IMG/VR virus record: IMGVR_UViG_3300045988_172839
Location: 64,001 to 128,000 of that record
DNA length: 64,000 nucleotides
Reading direction: 5' to 3' (one strand)
From: a virus
Numbering within the stretch: position 1 is the first letter of the stretch; each line of letters starts with the position of its first letter. The position numbers and the translations under genes were made by a program. The notes under the pieces were generated by a model. It ran no database searches and was not told the origin of the DNA. It saw nothing but the letters and a program-made list of their open reading frames with translations. Positions 62,598 through 64,000 of the stretch are shown here, in pieces.

Positions 62598-62600
62598 AGC

Positions 62601-63719
62601 TTATCCTTTCTCTACTAAAGCTTTTACAATAGCCGCAATAACTGGTGGGCTTACAGAATTACCTACTTGCTTATACATCTGATTCCTACTTGTACCGCAC
62701 TCTTGGATGTTCTTCACAAACTCAAGTGGATACCCTTGTGCTAGGAAACACTCAACCTCAGTTAATTTCCTTACTCTTAAACCTAAATCATCAGATAACA
62801 TAATTCGAGGAGAATCTTGACGAGCAGTAATCGTAGGAGCTAAACCTTTTACTGAGTGGACTCTACGATATTGCTCTAAGTTTTTATGTACTTCCCTAGG
62901 TAACAACCCTAAACGTAAAATCGAGTTAGTTCTAGGTAAAGTCAAACCAAATTCAAAATCCTTTAAATAAAGCCTATCTTCTGGTTTAGTTATTTGATAA
63001 TGCGTATCGTCTACAAAAGGCTCCACTATATCTTCCAAAACAGATGTAGTATCACTAGGTTTTAAAGAATTAAACATATTAAAACTTGGAAACAGAGGTT
63101 CTGTTAAGTTTGCTAATGTAACAGAACTTAACTCCTTTTTCAACTTGTTAATACGAGAAGACCACTTATCTTCCTCATACAAAGAACTCTCACCTTTATA
63201 GATACCACAAATAAAGGTTCTTTCTCTAATTTGAGGAACACCAAAATCCTTAGAGTTTAAAACTGTAAAGTCTATCACATAATCTAATTCAGCTAAAGAA
63301 TCTAAAATAACTCTGAAAGTCTTACCATTATCATGACTGACTAAGTTCTTTACATTCTCTAAAAGGAAGTATTTTGGTCGCTTTTCTTTTAAGATACATA
63401 AGACATCAAAGAATAACGTACCCCTAGTGTCTTCAAAACCTTTTCGTTGACCTGCAATCGAAAAAGCTTGACAAGGAAAACCATCAACCAATAAGTCATG
63501 GTCTGGTATATCTCTTTCATCAACTTTAGTTATATCTCCAATTAAGACACTACTATCAAAATTTGCACCATAAGATTGTTGTGCAAATTTATCAATTTCT
63601 GAAGCAAAGACAACCTTATGTGGAATATTTGCTAAACGCAACCCCTCTTCAAAACCACCGATACCACTAAATAAGGAAACTACTCTTAATTCACTCAATT
63701 TATATCTCTTCACTAGCAA
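62601..63719 (-). CDS. dcm: DNA (cytosine-5)-methyltransferase
   Basis: The canonical C5-MTase motifs are present: I LFSGIGGF, IV GFPCQAFSIAG, VI ENVKNL, VIII QIRERTF and X GNSVSPPV. The start is uncertain: TTG at 63719, or TTG at 63698, which has a better RBS. Confidence 0.9.
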   Translation of the reverse strand: MLVKRYKLSELRVVSLFSGIGGFEEGLRLANIPHKVVFASEIDKFAQQSYGANFDSSVLIGDITKVDERDIPDHDLLVDGFPCQAFSIAGQRKGFEDTRGTLFFDVLCILKEKRPKYFLLENVKNLVSHDNGKTFRVILDSLAELDYVIDFTVLNSKDFGVPQIRERTFICGIYKGESSLYEEDKWSSRINKLKKELSSVTLANLTEPLFPSFNMFNSLKPSDTTSVLEDIVEPFVDDTHYQITKPEDRLYLKDFEFGLTLPRTNSILRLGLLPREVHKNLEQYRRVHSVKGLAPTITARQDSPRIMLSDDLGLRVRKLTEVECFLAQGYPLEFVKNIQECGTSRNQMYKQVGNSVSPPVIAAIVKALVEKG

Positions 63720-64000
63720 CTAAAGTCATAGGCTAAAAATTTACCAGTCATCAACGGAATGTAAACCGTACCGTTGTAGTTATCGTCAAAACCTGTTTGG
63801 TAGACAAAATAAGATACCGAAGGTGGGTTTTGCTCTACAAAGTTAACCACTGTATCAATCTTGGAAACTATACGGTAGTTTCTACAATTCTCTATAAAAC
63901 CACAAGAATAGTCAGTAAATAAAGCACCTACTAATCGGTTCACATATTCATACAAAACAGAACAATCACTATAAACCTTACTTGAAGTCTTATCTGTTAA
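63713..64000 (-). CDS. Hypothetical protein; 5' end probably beyond the right edge of the window
   Basis: The frame is open from the window edge to the TAG at 63713. The track ORF starts at an internal TTG (63955). Confidence 0.45.
   Translation of the reverse strand, partial: LTDKTSSKVYSDCSVLYEYVNRLVGALFTDYSCGFIENCRNYRIVSKIDTVVNFVEQNPPSVSYFVYQTGFDDNYNGTVYIPLMTGKFLAYDFSC

Noticed and set aside
1-64000. GATACC enrichment explained as a restriction site. GTATCC is the recognition sequence of the type IIS enzyme BciVI.
   Set aside because: Mobile elements normally avoid restriction sites rather than accumulate them. Only part of the sites extend to GGATAC in the right register. The link is noted only as a coincidence.

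Overview
This window is 64 kb of low-GC DNA that looks Lactobacillales-like (streptococcal or enterococcal in style). Every credible gene lies on the minus strand: about 65 CDS plus 2 recently broken paralogues. The genes sit in short transcription units bounded by near-consensus sigma-A promoters and hairpin terminators. I recognised no rRNA, tRNA, CRISPR array, transposase, integrase, relaxase, terminase or portal gene. The content fits a large mobile element, either a conjugative plasmid/ICE or a very large prophage; this window alone cannot decide which.

Reading in the direction of transcription (right to left):
- 55-64 kb: an orphan C5 DNA methyltransferase among many small ORFans.
- 52-55 kb: a class Ib ribonucleotide reductase beta gene (nrdF) interrupted by two related inteins.
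- 49-51 kb: a 604 aa protein with a possible TerD-like tail, behind a 230 nt leader.
- 46.5-48.8 kb: four tandem paralogous small genes, two of them visibly disrupted.
- 44-46 kb: a DUF1002 secreted protein and a split HipA-like kinase pair.
- 34-44 kb: a 2083 aa antigen I/II-family LPXTG adhesin, a 924 aa PrgA/Sec10-like LPXTG protein and a membrane thioredoxin.
- 21.8-33.6 kb: a 13-gene translationally coupled ORFan operon.
- 15-18 kb: a DnaX-like clamp-loader ATPase and an NrdH-like redoxin.
- 0-15 kb: an envelope module of polytopic membrane proteins, two 850-1050 aa ectodomain proteins and a membrane-anchored SGNH+CHAP cell-wall hydrolase. It resembles the envelope half of a Gram-positive type IV secretion/conjugation machine, but no VirB4 or VirD4 ATPase is in view.

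The most unusual signal is not a gene. The hexamer GGTATC (GATACC on the + strand) occurs about 110 times on the coding strand and about 4 times on the other. It falls in all three reading frames and is built with rare codons, which points to selection at the nucleic-acid level for an unknown polar motif.

All counts were made by eye, and all functional calls rest on motifs I recognise. No database search was possible.
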